Shown here piece by piece: positions 1 through 12,305 of a stretch of DNA of 64,000 nt. The position numbers and the translations under genes were made by a program. How positions within the stretch are numbered: the first letter of the stretch is position 1; every line of letters starts with the position of its first letter. The DNA lies in the NCBI RefSeq assembly GCF_964355755.1, contig NC_092673.1, forward strand, positions 1,984,001-2,048,000, read 5' to 3'. The DNA is from Antedon mediterranea. Lineage: Eukaryota > Animalia > Echinodermata. A model generated the notes under the pieces. That model had not been told where the DNA came from and searched no databases. It saw only the letters and a program-made list of their open reading frames with translations.

Positions 1-1054
1 TATAGATAACACACCTCTTTACCATTTTATTGGTGATCAACAGCTTTGCGTAAATTATTTGAATATGTTTATGATGTCGACTATTCTATCCGAGGTTTTA
101 TTTTAATTTAGTTCCTCATTGGAGGAGAATTAGACCAGACCTTCCCTTTTTGTCTTATAATTATGTTTATCTAACTCAAGGCCCTTCCTGTTGATAGACT
201 ACCATTCTTTGTACAGAGTTTCTTTTGTTTTTGTGAGTGTACTATAATCAATATTTATCATTTAATGATCAGTAATCAATCATGGAAGAAGGCGGCTCAG
301 TTGTATTTCCAACTTTATAATATTGAATTTAATTCCAAATTATGTCTGAAAAAATACTGTTATAAAATGTGAATATTTAAACTTGAAAATATGCTAATTT
401 AAACTGTGAATTGTAATATTTTTTTTACTATGTCAACTCATTTTACCTTACATAGTAAACTACAAACTTTTCATTTAATTTCTTAATTGTTATCTTTTTC
501 TGTTTCTTATGAATAAATATTTGTTTTGTTTATTAATAATCAACCAGCCTAGTATCAATACACTGACATATGTCACAACATATCAAAATGAACAATTCTA
601 TAACTCAAGTGAGCCAGCTACAATTAAATGGTTTCAAATTCCATATCAACAAAATACATAGCAACATAAGTAATGTAAAATAATAGCGGAGGTATACACA
701 GACTAAGGGTTCGGTCTTAAGTCTAGGTTTGACCCACCCAAATAAATATAACATTATGAAACATAAACATGGATAGACAAAAAAGTTCCTATAATAACCA
801 AACAATTGAAAAGCAATGATTTTTTAAACAAGGATACAATCTAAATATACATTCTCATATCTTTTGCCAAAAAATATAATATTTATTGGAAACTCCACTA
901 TTACAACAGTGGCATACTTTGATGATAAAGGTGCGTCCAAATAGCAATAATAATAATAACCAAGAAAGATTGTAAATACTATATTAAATACTATAGCATT
1001 TTAAATGAGCTTGAAACTCTAAAACTACTTTTCTTATTTATATAATGTATTAAG

Positions 1055-4000
1055 AATACTAATGCAATAAATGATGAAGATGAGCTGTACTTCATACCAG
1101 TTGAAAATCCTCACGAAACACATCGACAACCTTTTGTAAGATTCTCACTTGTTCTAGCTTATCTTTTCTTGCTTGTTAATAAGTCATTAATCACTTTTTA
1201 TATAACAGTTATACAGTAGATTTTAGACTGAAATAATATAATTATTAATTAATCAATTAGACAAAATTTTAATAAGATAAATTTGTACATTACAATACAC
1301 CTCTTGCTATCTGATTGATTAATTTCGTATCACATGCTATTCACCAGTGGATTGATTGAATATAAGTTTCTTTTATATTAGAACAGTAGGTATATAATTG
1401 GGTTTGCGGTACAATTGAAACGTCAAGACATTCTAAAAACTATATTATATCCTTTTTCAAACACTGGAATACTGCAAACCTAATCCTACTATTCTTTATT
1501 CACCATGCAAACCTTTACACCACACAGTAGGTGTGTTATAAATAAATAATGACCAACATTTTATTCCTCTTTAGTGGATAATGTTTTTGTATTCATTGAA
1601 TGGGAAGAATATTTTCATTTGTACTATTCAACTCATTTTAATCTTTTAACAAATGAAAATATTCTTCAAATTCAATGAATAAACATTCATGATTTGTTAA
1701 ATGCATGAGTTTAGTGCATCAAATACCATGTCAGGTATACATAGATTTATACCATCTGCATGTGCAAACACTTTTATACTGCAAATACTTATTCTTGTAA
1801 TATGCATTTAGAATTTTGTCTGTGACCTTTGACATATGGATGATGATTTCACATATTTTATATGGGACATGATGTTAATGCTATTGGAATATCAGTAGCA
1901 ATAATTCTATTTTGCTTACAATACATTTAAAAAATTTATATTTACAATATTTAGAATTGTTTTCTAAACTCAGTGTTCACAGATTATTTAAACTTGATTA
2001 GACAATGCACTTCACAATTATTTTATCATTTAAATGTAGTTTGACAAAACTTATATAATTATTTAAATGGTTTCTAACTGGTTTTTCTGGATTCTTTTTT
2101 CAATAAATTGTTAATAATATTTTTTTTTTTAAGCTGATATTACATTCAAGAAAAAAACATTTTTTTTTTTCATTCTAATCAGTTTCAAGTTAATAAAGTA
2201 TTTCAGGTTCCAGCTTTTTTCCAAAATTAAAAATTAAAATTAAACATTAAAATTTAAATATGTGTTGACAATGTACTTTAAAAATTCCTTTTCTTATTTG
2301 TATAATGTCTTAAGAATCTTCCTAATGAAATAAATGAAGATGATGATGAACTGTACATCGTACCAGTTGAAAATCCTCACGAAACACATCGACAACCTTT
2401 TGTAAGATTCGTTCATTTTTGTTGTGCCTATCTATTTTTTTGCTTTATGATGTTATTATCCAATATTTTAATTTATGCTTTCACTCTCTTTATACGTTGT
2501 ACCAGGTAGATTTAGACTTTTCTAAAATGAGGAAAAATACTTTTAACAATAATTATTAATTCATTGATTAATATACAATAAAATGAGACAGACAAATAAT
2601 AATAAATGCTTTAATTATAACTCTATGCATGAGTTTTTAGGTATTCATAGTTGGAATACATTTTGCACGTGAAAAAATGTAATCAATTATTAATATAAGT
2701 TTTACTTAATTCCCACTGCAAACGCTAATTCATGTAATGCTTAAAGACTAGTATTGGCAGTGACCTTTGACATGTGGATTATAGCCATCTCCTGGTGACC
2801 CTCTTTCGACCTGGAATTGAAGCTTAAGATACTGTAACGCAAGCTTGTTTTATATTGGTGTAATATTCATAATTTTATATTATTTTGCGTGGGCCCGAGT
2901 ACACTTTAACTAGCTTTAGTCGCCATATACATTTTATGCTTTGTAAATGCACTACTGGATTAGTACGCCTTATTCAAATGTGCATATTTGCTTACTTTTA
3001 CGGTAGTTGACAGAAAATAAAATTTTCTAATTGTATTTTTCTGTGATTTGGCTCCAGCAAGAATGGATTTACCTGGATAATTTGTTTTGTTAAATATATA
3101 TTTTAAAAAGCTATCCATCGTGTGGGTTTCAAAATAGCATAAATATATTGGGAACTGTGCATTATAGTACGAGTACACAAGTACTGCCAAAACTGAAATT
3201 TTGTCAATCTATCTCATGCTTTCAAAGGCTTTGGAGCATAAATATATTGGTAACTGTGCATTATAGTATGGCAGCTTTTTTAGATTTTGGATAGAATGGA
3301 AAAGAGTACAAGGGAGATTTCATTTCATTCTGTCCATAAGTGTAAATGCCATTGGGGCACATTGATTATTAGAGAACTGTGTATTTTAGTATGGTAGTTT
3401 TCTAGAGTACTCAAAAGCAGATTGTAGCCTTTGCAGCACAATAATATTTTGAACTGTGCATTATAGTACTTTTGTATTTCAGGGTATACTGTGTAAACAC
3501 TACATTGTTTACATATTTTATTTGCTATTTCATCATAGTGTACTTAACATTTTTAATGTCACACAAATATTAATGGATTTCACAAAATAACATTCACATT
3601 TTGCTTTACTGAAGTAATGATACCTAACTTTTTTATCATTAACTCTATGTTTAACCTTATTTGTACTCCTTTCTGCATTTGTTTGTAAGTGACAGCTATC
3701 AGCACGTTCATTCTTTATCATAAAGTAACATTTATGTTCATCGCAAACAAGTAAATCATTTTATCTGGTTGAAAAAAATGTTCATAATTTGTAAAAGTAT
3801 TATTCATCATTATTATCATAAATTACAAGACATCACAGAGCCAACAGTATATGAACATTTGTCACTGTATTAAGCTCTGTCTACACTATCAAACTAGTTT
3901 GACAAAAAAAATGTGCTAAGAAATGATAGTGATATGCTTAAATAAGGTAGTGGTATGACATCATCAGGTCCATATATGGGCATATCATATTTAGTTTGAT

Positions 4001-7000
4001 AGTGTAGACAGAGCTTTATAAATTAGTATCTATAATGTCCCATTTGAGAGTTTGAATTTGATTAATTTGTTGCACTCTCATCTTCATCTACAAATTTATA
4101 TTATTTATTATCAATTTGGAATCATTTTCACTCTCCCAATGTACAAGTGACGATCCATTCACAAGTGTAAATGTCTGTCTACACTATGAAACTAGTTTGA
4201 CACAAAAAAAGTCACACAAAGGCACATCACACTTCTTTTGTCAAACTAATTTGATAGTGTAGACAGAGCTTAATATACAGTACATGTCTATGAGAGTGTA
4301 CTTAGTTTATGCTATTAATCCGATTCATGTTAATCTTTCCTTGTAATGATTGTTATTATTCTATCATATTTTGTATACTTTTCTTTCAGGATGATGATGA
4401 AGTGGAGGATGAGTACTTAGCTCCAGTTGAAGCTGTTGAGGATGGTATACAATTTATTTATTTATTATTATGAATCTAATCACCAAATGATGCCTACCAT
4501 CCTTGCTAACCACAAAAAAAAAATCTCTCCTATCTCAATATTAGACCGTTTGCAAAGAACACAGTTTTTTCTTTTATTATTTCAAAAATTCTCGCCTTTT
4601 TAATGCCATATATTTTTTATGTATTATTTCTTTTGTTGGGAACAGTCCTAAATATTATGTTGAACTGAATGTTTTCTCATAATATGCTAATTGAAGATTA
4701 AAATGTTACTTGAGATTTTCTTTTGTTTACCACTTTGATGTGCCCGTATATGGACATGATGATGTCATATCGCAACCATATTTGGACGTATCACTACCAT
4801 ATTTTGGCAATAGTCCTAATAATGCAATGCAGACAATTAATATTAAATAAAATTAAGAGATTATTCCATACACCCTGATAGCAAGCAAGCCTTAAAACCT
4901 ACTGTATGTTAGTTTAACAATCTTGATTTCAGAACTACTAATTTTAAATGTCTTTATTTTAAATGTTTTTTTTTGTTTTTATGATATTCTCATCTTTTCA
5001 TCCTACTAAAAATAGTTTTTCATTGACACATAGTTTATAAATTAAACTGTTAATAGTGAATGAAATATTGTAATGTGTAAATGAATGAACAAAATATTGA
5101 CAAGTTATATTTAAATACATTACATTCATTATGTAGTTAATGATACTGAAATTGATAAAAAAAAAAGTGCTGTATTTGTTGCTTAATTCAAACATATATT
5201 TCCCCTTGTTTGTGTCCACTGAATAGGGATGTGTTCTACACTCTAAATATAATTATTCACATCACATGACTAATTATGTTATTACAGTCATAATTTGTAT
5301 TAGTACTGTTTAACATACTAAATGTTGTCTACATTATTTTACAGAACTGTATGAAGTTCCTGAAGATGATTCCCATTTTCAACCTAGACAGCGTACGAAT
5401 TAATTAGGCCAACTTGGACAGTGTTGTATAACAGGGGGGGGGGGGGGGGGCTTAACAAATGATGCTGCTTCGGGGCAGTTTTTGTGTATTTTACGCATTT
5501 ACCCGATAATAACTGATGGCTATGCAATTGGCACAGGTTCACAACAGGTTCTCTTTGTGGTTCTGAAGAGAGAACATATTAACGCAAATCTTCCGTGATA
5601 TCTTAGGGTGTACAATTCCGAACAGTTGCGTACAGCACTCCTAAGGTACCCTCTAACACTGGATAGTTGCAGTGGGCTGTTCATGCTCTGAGGACCCTGA
5701 AGCTCTGGGGCCCCTGGGTTTAGCCAGTGAGCGCTCTTAGCCGTTTACATGATAGAGCCTCATGTAATTCACATGCAACAAGCCCTGTTACCTTGTAATA
5801 CGCTGTCTGAGTTGGCCTAGTTGTTTTTTATTATTTTTTTATTTTTATCTGACAATTGTAGATTGTTTTCATAATATAAAATACCTAGGTTGTTTTTAGT
5901 AATTAGAAAACAAGGAAATATGACATTTCTTTCACAACAGGGACGGCTTCCTTCTTTACTGTTCTATTTGTAGTGATACTGCTTTAAACTAATCAAGTTT
6001 TAGCTGTCATTCTTTTTTTAAATAAATTATTTAGGATAGCAATACAAAAGGCCCTTTAAATTTTAATTGGCAAAACAACAAAATTCATAATATTTTTATA
6101 ATAAATAATTGTAACGTGTTTGAATCGTGCTATATTCTGTACAGGCCCCATCAGTATCAGAGATATATTTGATTGGTGGAGATCACTGACAAACGGATCC
6201 ATCGAAGGTCAGGGGTCAATTTATGTATGGGCATGAAGCAAATGAGATTGGAGCATGTTTGAAGAATTAAAATTTATTAAATCAGGAAAAGATATCTTTG
6301 ATAAAACAAAAAATCATCATCTATTCAAAAGTTGGTTAGTTTGACTAAAGTTTGGCTCCCTATCGGAAACGCACAATAATTGTGTAAAATTACTGTCAAC
6401 AGTTGTTTTCGGACATGATTGGTTAAGTAACTTGGATTGCATGTACATCCTTGTTATGTATCCAGTAGGAACATGTGTCTCTTATGAGAATGCTATCATT
6501 TTACGTACTGTACCTTAGTGGGTACATCTTCAATTGGTCCTGATTGCAAATGTCTGAAGTATCTTGGCATGCTTGAGAATGATCGTGATACCAATAAAAA
6601 AAAAAACATTTTTTTATTTATTTTGTTCGATAGTAAACATTTATTTTTACTATAATCGCAATCTTAAAGCAAAAAACATAAAATTCTCTCTAAATGCCAT
6701 CTTTAAGTTAACAATAAAATGCAAAAATTATTTATAAATAATATAATTGAAATTTTTAGGTAAAAGTCAGCTGAAATTGCAAAAATGAATTTAATACTCT
6801 TTCAGAAAAAGGATTAAATAAGGCTTTTTATTAGTTAAAAAGTAGTTTTCTTATGTTTATTTTCTAAATTATTTTATTTTAAATTTATTTTAATAATGTA
6901 AAGTTCAATTGGGATTCTATTACATCATCACACTAAGGAATTCCATGAGAGAGAGTATTACTTTAAATTGTCTTTATTTTTAAAAATGTACTTGTTAACT

Positions 7001-10000
7001 AATTCTATTTATAGAATAATGCATGTATAATGACTTGTGCTTGGCACTAACCATCAAATTGTGTTGTGGTTCTTCATCGTCTTTTTGTGTGTTTAATATA
7101 GCATGATTAATTTCAGAATTTGATAAAGAAATGATTTTCCATACAGTCCGTTTAATTTCATGTATAATTTCTCTACAGCTGCTGCAATTCCTCCAGCCCG
7201 ACCTCCAAAAACTAACAAGGTTAGAAGGTTTTTTTGATTTGATATTCCTGATAAAATCACATTTTTTGTTAATATACTACAGTAAGTGTTCCCACTGAAA
7301 CTATATGTTCATTAACTTCTTAAAGATATATTGTTCAACTGAAAACAAAATGGTCTATTCAAAGTCTGATTTTATAAATCTTTATTTTTCATGATTTTGT
7401 GGGGCAATACATCTTTTAAGTATGATTTACATCTTGAAATATTGTGATTTACATAAATTTTATTTTCTTCAATTTGCATAACATTCCTAAAACATTGTCT
7501 TTATACAGGACTTTTTAGGTAAACCATCTGGACAGCGCCCTCAGATGTTAGCGCTGTGAGTACATTCACTTTGTACAATTTTAACTCTTCCCTCATTCTA
7601 TACTGCATCTTACTCATTTTATTTAGATATGAATATACATGATTGCACATACTAGATGCATACTGAAAATAAACCATATCAGATCATACAACTATCTACT
7701 GTATTCAGATTACTATAAGATTTACGATTACACAATTTATTTCTATTTAAGTGCTCCAACATTAAATTCTGTCTCAAGTGACGTTCCACCACGACCACCA
7801 GCTCGTCGGGATTTTTCACCTTCCAGAAATCGTTGCATCCCTCATCATAGTGTATCACCTATGATTTCACCCTCATACCGGCCAGAAATCCAGGTAAATT
7901 GACCAATCAATAACAAATATATTTTGCATTCATCCAGTGACCTCTGTATTTTTCAGTAATCATCTGCCAGAGCTAAAGTCCAAATCATATTGCAATAGGA
8001 CTATAACCATGGTATTTTAGGCAAACTACCAAAGTTTAGAAGTTACCGTAATCATCTGCCAGAGCTAAAGTCCAAGGCATATTGCAATAGGACTATAACC
8101 ATGGTATTATAGGCAAACTACCAAAGTTTAGAAGTTACTGTAATCATCTGCCAGAGCTAAAGTCCAAGGCATATTGCAATAGGACTATAACCATGGTATT
8201 TTAGGCAAACTACCAAAGTTTATGTCTTTCTATGTATATAATGTATAATTTAATTTTTGTGTTGAAAAAACTAAAGCTATATCTTAAAGATTAACCATTA
8301 TAATCACAATTTTATTCTTTCAGAATAATTTTGTAGAAGACGGTAAGTGAATACTGTATAACAACATTTTTTTTTTAAATTTAAATACTTTAATTAAACA
8401 GTGCTATAATGTTAAGATGATAACACATCCAGAAATTTGAGTTAATGTTTTTGAAATACTGTATTGGAAATAATGAATGTATTGTGTAAACTCTGTTTAC
8501 TCTTTTTTTTTGAAGATGATACTTATGAGGCCCCAACTTTGGAAGAGGTATGTACACATAGAAATGAAATTGAATTATTGACATAAGCTTGGGGTTTAGA
8601 ATAGGTTTGCTAGCTAAGACTTTAGCTACATCTTTATTAAAACATGTCTATGTCATATAAAATCATTTATTCCGACATAAACAAATACAAACAATGAGGC
8701 AGAAAACCTAAATGTTATAACAAAAGTCAGTCACAAAGAAAAACTTATATAAAATTCAAATAATAATTTAAAATTATTTTAAAACATTTAAAAACATATA
8801 TACCTTTTGTAGCAAGCAGGTTCTTTTGCAATTATTTTTTAATCATATAGAACATTGTATTATATAAATATATAAATGTTATTATTATTTTATTCATTGT
8901 ATTAACATATTTTATATTTTAAAGGATTGTGATGGAACATATGCTGTACCCGAAGGTATGCAAATATCAATTAGTTTAGTAAAATTGTATAGTATAGTAT
9001 ATATTATGCTATATATGCTTTTGTAAAGTAGTAATATATGAAAAAATAGCATAAAATAACTGATTATGATGAAATAAATAATAAGTAAAAACAACTAAAG
9101 GAATATTTATTTTCAACAGAACAAACTCCAAATCGACTTCCACAACCATTACCAAGTATTCAACCTAAATCTCCTAATAAGTTTAGGAAGCCTCAGTCAA
9201 AATACACTAAGATGCCACCACCAAAGAATCCATATAATTCAACTAATAATAAACCTGCAATACCGCCACCAATAGTTCGCTACCCAAAGACAGATACTAC
9301 CAAGCCAGCCATTGAAACACCAGATGAATCATCATCAACATCATCCATATCGAAAATGAAACACGTTTTTGAACAAGGTAGCCCGACTCTTCCTCGAAAA
9401 GATGTTTACAATAGTCATGGCAGTTTTTTGCATAAACGATTGCCGCAGCCGCCTCTACCTCCACCAAGTAAATGTGTTGCAAAGGAATCACCAACTAAGG
9501 AATCAAAACCAATCAGTCAACCTTACCTACCACCCAGAAAACGTAAGATTTTACACTACTTTTTAAAAAGAATGCGTTTGTAATCAAGTTTTGGCTGTGA
9601 TGTGTGACTTAAAACCAATGAATGACTTTGAAATCTGTTGTACAATACATACTGTATTGAAGTATGTAAGTTTTTTATGTGCCTTGAACCTTTTCAATGT
9701 TCTTATTGATATTCTGTTTTATAGCCAGCAACCAATTTTGTTTTTATGCCTGTTTGTGAAAACACAATAAAGATAACTTGAATAACTGGAATCTACTATA
9801 TTGGTTTATTAATATTCTTAGTGCTGTATCTCCACATATGACAATTTTGTCCTGTATCATAGGAACATTCCATAATACACAATCTCATGTGTATCACATG
9901 TGATACCTGTATTCTAGAATGTTTGGTTAATGATTATAGTGGCATCACATATGAAACACATAAGATGGTGTATTATGAAATATGTCTATGATACTGAATA

Positions 10001-12058
10001 AATGTATATACTGTACCGAGAATCAACTGTTATGTTTATGGATCGTTTATAATTAAAAATTTGTTGCGATAAGTTTGTATTCATTGTGTTGAATGTTGTT
10101 ATTTTAGCTGCACAAAAGCCTCCTAGCAGCACAGCAAGTGATTCATGCTCAAAAACAGACACTACAAAGGTTCTACCAAGTCCAACTCAACGACCTAGCC
10201 CTGTTCAACGACCTTCCCCAGCTCAAAGGAGGGCTCCAAGTCCTGCTAAACGAAATACACCAACCCCTTCAGTTCAGATTGAAACTGTACCAAAGCCGTC
10301 TGCTACAAGGACTGCAGCTGTATGTTTTATTTAATTTTATTTTACCACAAGATCATTAGTGATTACTGCACATATATAACTAAACTATATAATTTAAAAA
10401 AATCAAAATCAAATTAAAACTGCCTCAATCAATATAAATTTATTAACACATATTTTGGGCGTAGTCAATCATCAGGTGAAGAGAGTTGTATAAAGAATAA
10501 CATATATCTGTCACAAAATTACATAATAAAATAAATCAGCTAATCAAAGACTTCAACAAACAAAAGGCGGATTTTTGTATCTTTCGTCATAGCTCATCAC
10601 ATTTAATAGAGCGCATCTCCACTTATTCGTTTTCCATTTTCACCCCGATTTTTATATTGTCTAGTTCAATCAACTATTTTTCGCATGAGTGAAAAATATT
10701 TAAACACGCCTCCAAAAGCTATGGGGTACAAAACTATATAATATCTATAAACTTTTTGTGCATATTGTCCCCTTTCTTCCTCTTTTTCTCTCAGTATTGT
10801 ACATGCCCAATTCATTATTTCTATTTTATGTCATATTATTAGCTCTATCGAAAACCTTCCTATACACTCATTCATTTTGTATGTGGACTTAAATTTCTTT
10901 TAAAAAAAAGAAAATAATAAATTTAGTGAATTTTGTTCATAGAGTACCATGAATGGTTATCCGTGGTATCATCCTGAATTACCCAGGGACAAGGCTCTGA
11001 AAAGTTTAGAAGAATTTAGGAGAGTAAGTATTTATTTTCACTGTTGATGTTTCATTATAAAATAATACATTTGTCTGTAGCTGATGTTTGTTCACAAAGG
11101 TTGCACAATGCAGGATGCATATGTCAGACTGATTAAGTCCCATTCCCACTAGGATGCAATTTACACAATTCATTCAACCAATCACAAGCGACTGATCATT
11201 TAAACTGTAGCTTATTACTTGCATCTTGGGAACCAAGCTTTATAAGCATGATCTTAATAACTATTGTATCAAATCAAATCAAATACACTGTGTAACATGC
11301 TATTAAAAATTATGATTTACTTTATCGTTTTTTTTTTAAAGGATGGTGCATTTTTAGTTCGTGAGAGTAAACGTGGAGGACCTAAGAATCCATTCACGCT
11401 GTCACTTTGGTATAATAATCAAGTTCGCAATCTACAGATGCGGCGTCGGGATGATGGGAAGTATGCATTAGGCTCAATGAAGGATGGAGAACAGGTAAGT
11501 AAATGTATAACCATATAATTACATTTAAAAAGTAGTGATACTATAAATGTCCAAGCACTTTGCTAAAGCTCTGTCTACACTATCACTTTCACTACAACTT
11601 TATGTTTATGGGATGTGCCCATATATATTGCTACCATATTTGGGCACAGCAAAGTAGTTTGATTATGGAGGAATACTTCTTCCATGGTTTGATAGTGTAG
11701 ACAGAGCTTAAGAATACATGAAAGAGTAATGTTAAGACTATCTATGTTATACATTTGTTGTTACAAAGTTGTGCCTCTGTTAATAGAAATAAATAATAAA
11801 CAAGAGATAATAATTCTCCTTACAATTTCTGAATAAAGCCAACATGTCATGTCATGTGTTTTAATGATTCCCTATTTGTGTAGTAACAATTATCATTAAA
11901 AGAAAAAGAATCAAGTTGTTATTATCAATAATCATGATTTCAATTTGCAGGCTTTTGATTCACCCGTGGAACTAGTGGAATTTCATCAAAATAACCCGCT
12001 GATTCTTGCTAATAGTGAAGGTAAAACAAAATTAAAACAATGTTGTCCAGTCTATTAA
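1055..12058 (+). CDS. BLNK/SLP-76/CLNK-family SH2 adaptor protein, 5'-partial (acidic YxxP region, Pro-rich region, C-terminal SH2)
   Basis: Phase-consistent GT-AG exons: 1055-1135, 2315-2401, 4390-4444, 5345-5392, 7179-7219, 7509-7555, 7752-7893, 8324-8342, 8516-8547, 8925-8955, 9120-9542, 10108-10319, 10943-11023, 11342-11494, 11951-12058 (TAA). SH2 reads YPWYHPELPRDKALKSLEEFRR-DGAFLVRESKRGGPKNPFTLSLWYNNQVRNLQMRRRDDGKYALGSMKDGEQ-AFDSPVELVEFHQNNPLIL, with the FLVRES signature and BLNK-like YALG and PLIL segments. An RxxK motif (PPARPPK) is present. No start codon found in the window. Confidence 0.88.
3873..4015. mobile_element. PIF/Harbinger-type MITE family A (TIR AGCTCTGTCTACACTATCAAACT), representative copy
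   Basis: TIRs with TTA on both sides. Other full or partial copies at about 4175-4270, 4735-4810, 13559-13680, 29480-29605, 32260-32397, 34336-34410, 36063-36183, 39134-39297, 49132-49273, 51709-51867, plus those listed separately. Internal 20-bp repeat CATATCACTACCATATTTGG in variable number. TWA target duplication is typical of Harbinger. Confidence 0.85.
5407..5817. mobile_element. Non-autonomous TIR element (GGCCAACT..AGTTGGCC) flanked by TA
   Basis: Imperfect inverted termini of about 30 bp. An internal segment (5630-5745) recurs near 31030-31160 and 54685-54745. Confidence 0.6.
7956..8222. repeat. Tandem repeat, 92 bp x about 3
   Basis: Units start at 7956, 8048 and 8140 (GTAATCATCTGCCAGAGCTAAAGTCCAA..). 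Confidence 0.95.
11567..11708. mobile_element. Harbinger MITE family A copy with a 23-bp hairpin inserted in its right TIR
   Basis: TAA on both sides; right TIR interrupted at 11664-11686 with GTTTGAT duplicated. Confidence 0.85.
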
Positions 12059-12124
12059 ACCATGAAAAAAAAAGAAAAATAATTGGTAAACTTAGCAGAG
12101 TATTATAAAACCATAAAGTAAGTA

Positions 12125-12305
12125 CAGTCAACTCTCCCAATACCGGACACTTTTGGCCTAATAATATGTCTGGTTTTCCAAAAAGTCTGGATTCGGAATT
12201 TGTTTTTAATGGTAAAAATGAATTTGGGACCCTTTGGATCTCATGAAAAGTCTGGTTGGGAGAGTTTCAGGTTTTCAGAGATTTCGGTATTGGGAGAGTT
12301 GACTG
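12125..12305. mobile_element. pogo/Tigger-like (Tc1/mariner superfamily) MITE in the 3' UTR region of the SH2 adaptor gene
   Basis: TIR CAGTCAACTCTCCCAATACCG / CGGTATTGGGAGAGTTGACTG with TA on both sides; an inverted internal fragment recurs at about 35660-35756. Confidence 0.85.

Noticed and set aside
910-930. 21-nt possible microexon (cag/TGGCATACTTTGATGATAAAG/gtgcgt)
   Set aside because: Poor pyrimidine tract, and the only plausible peptide (AYFDDK) is in a phase incompatible with the next exon.
5433-5450. Long G or C homopolymers (also about 27899, 42086, 43000, 51101)
   Set aside because: Common in such assemblies, length unreliable, no specific context.
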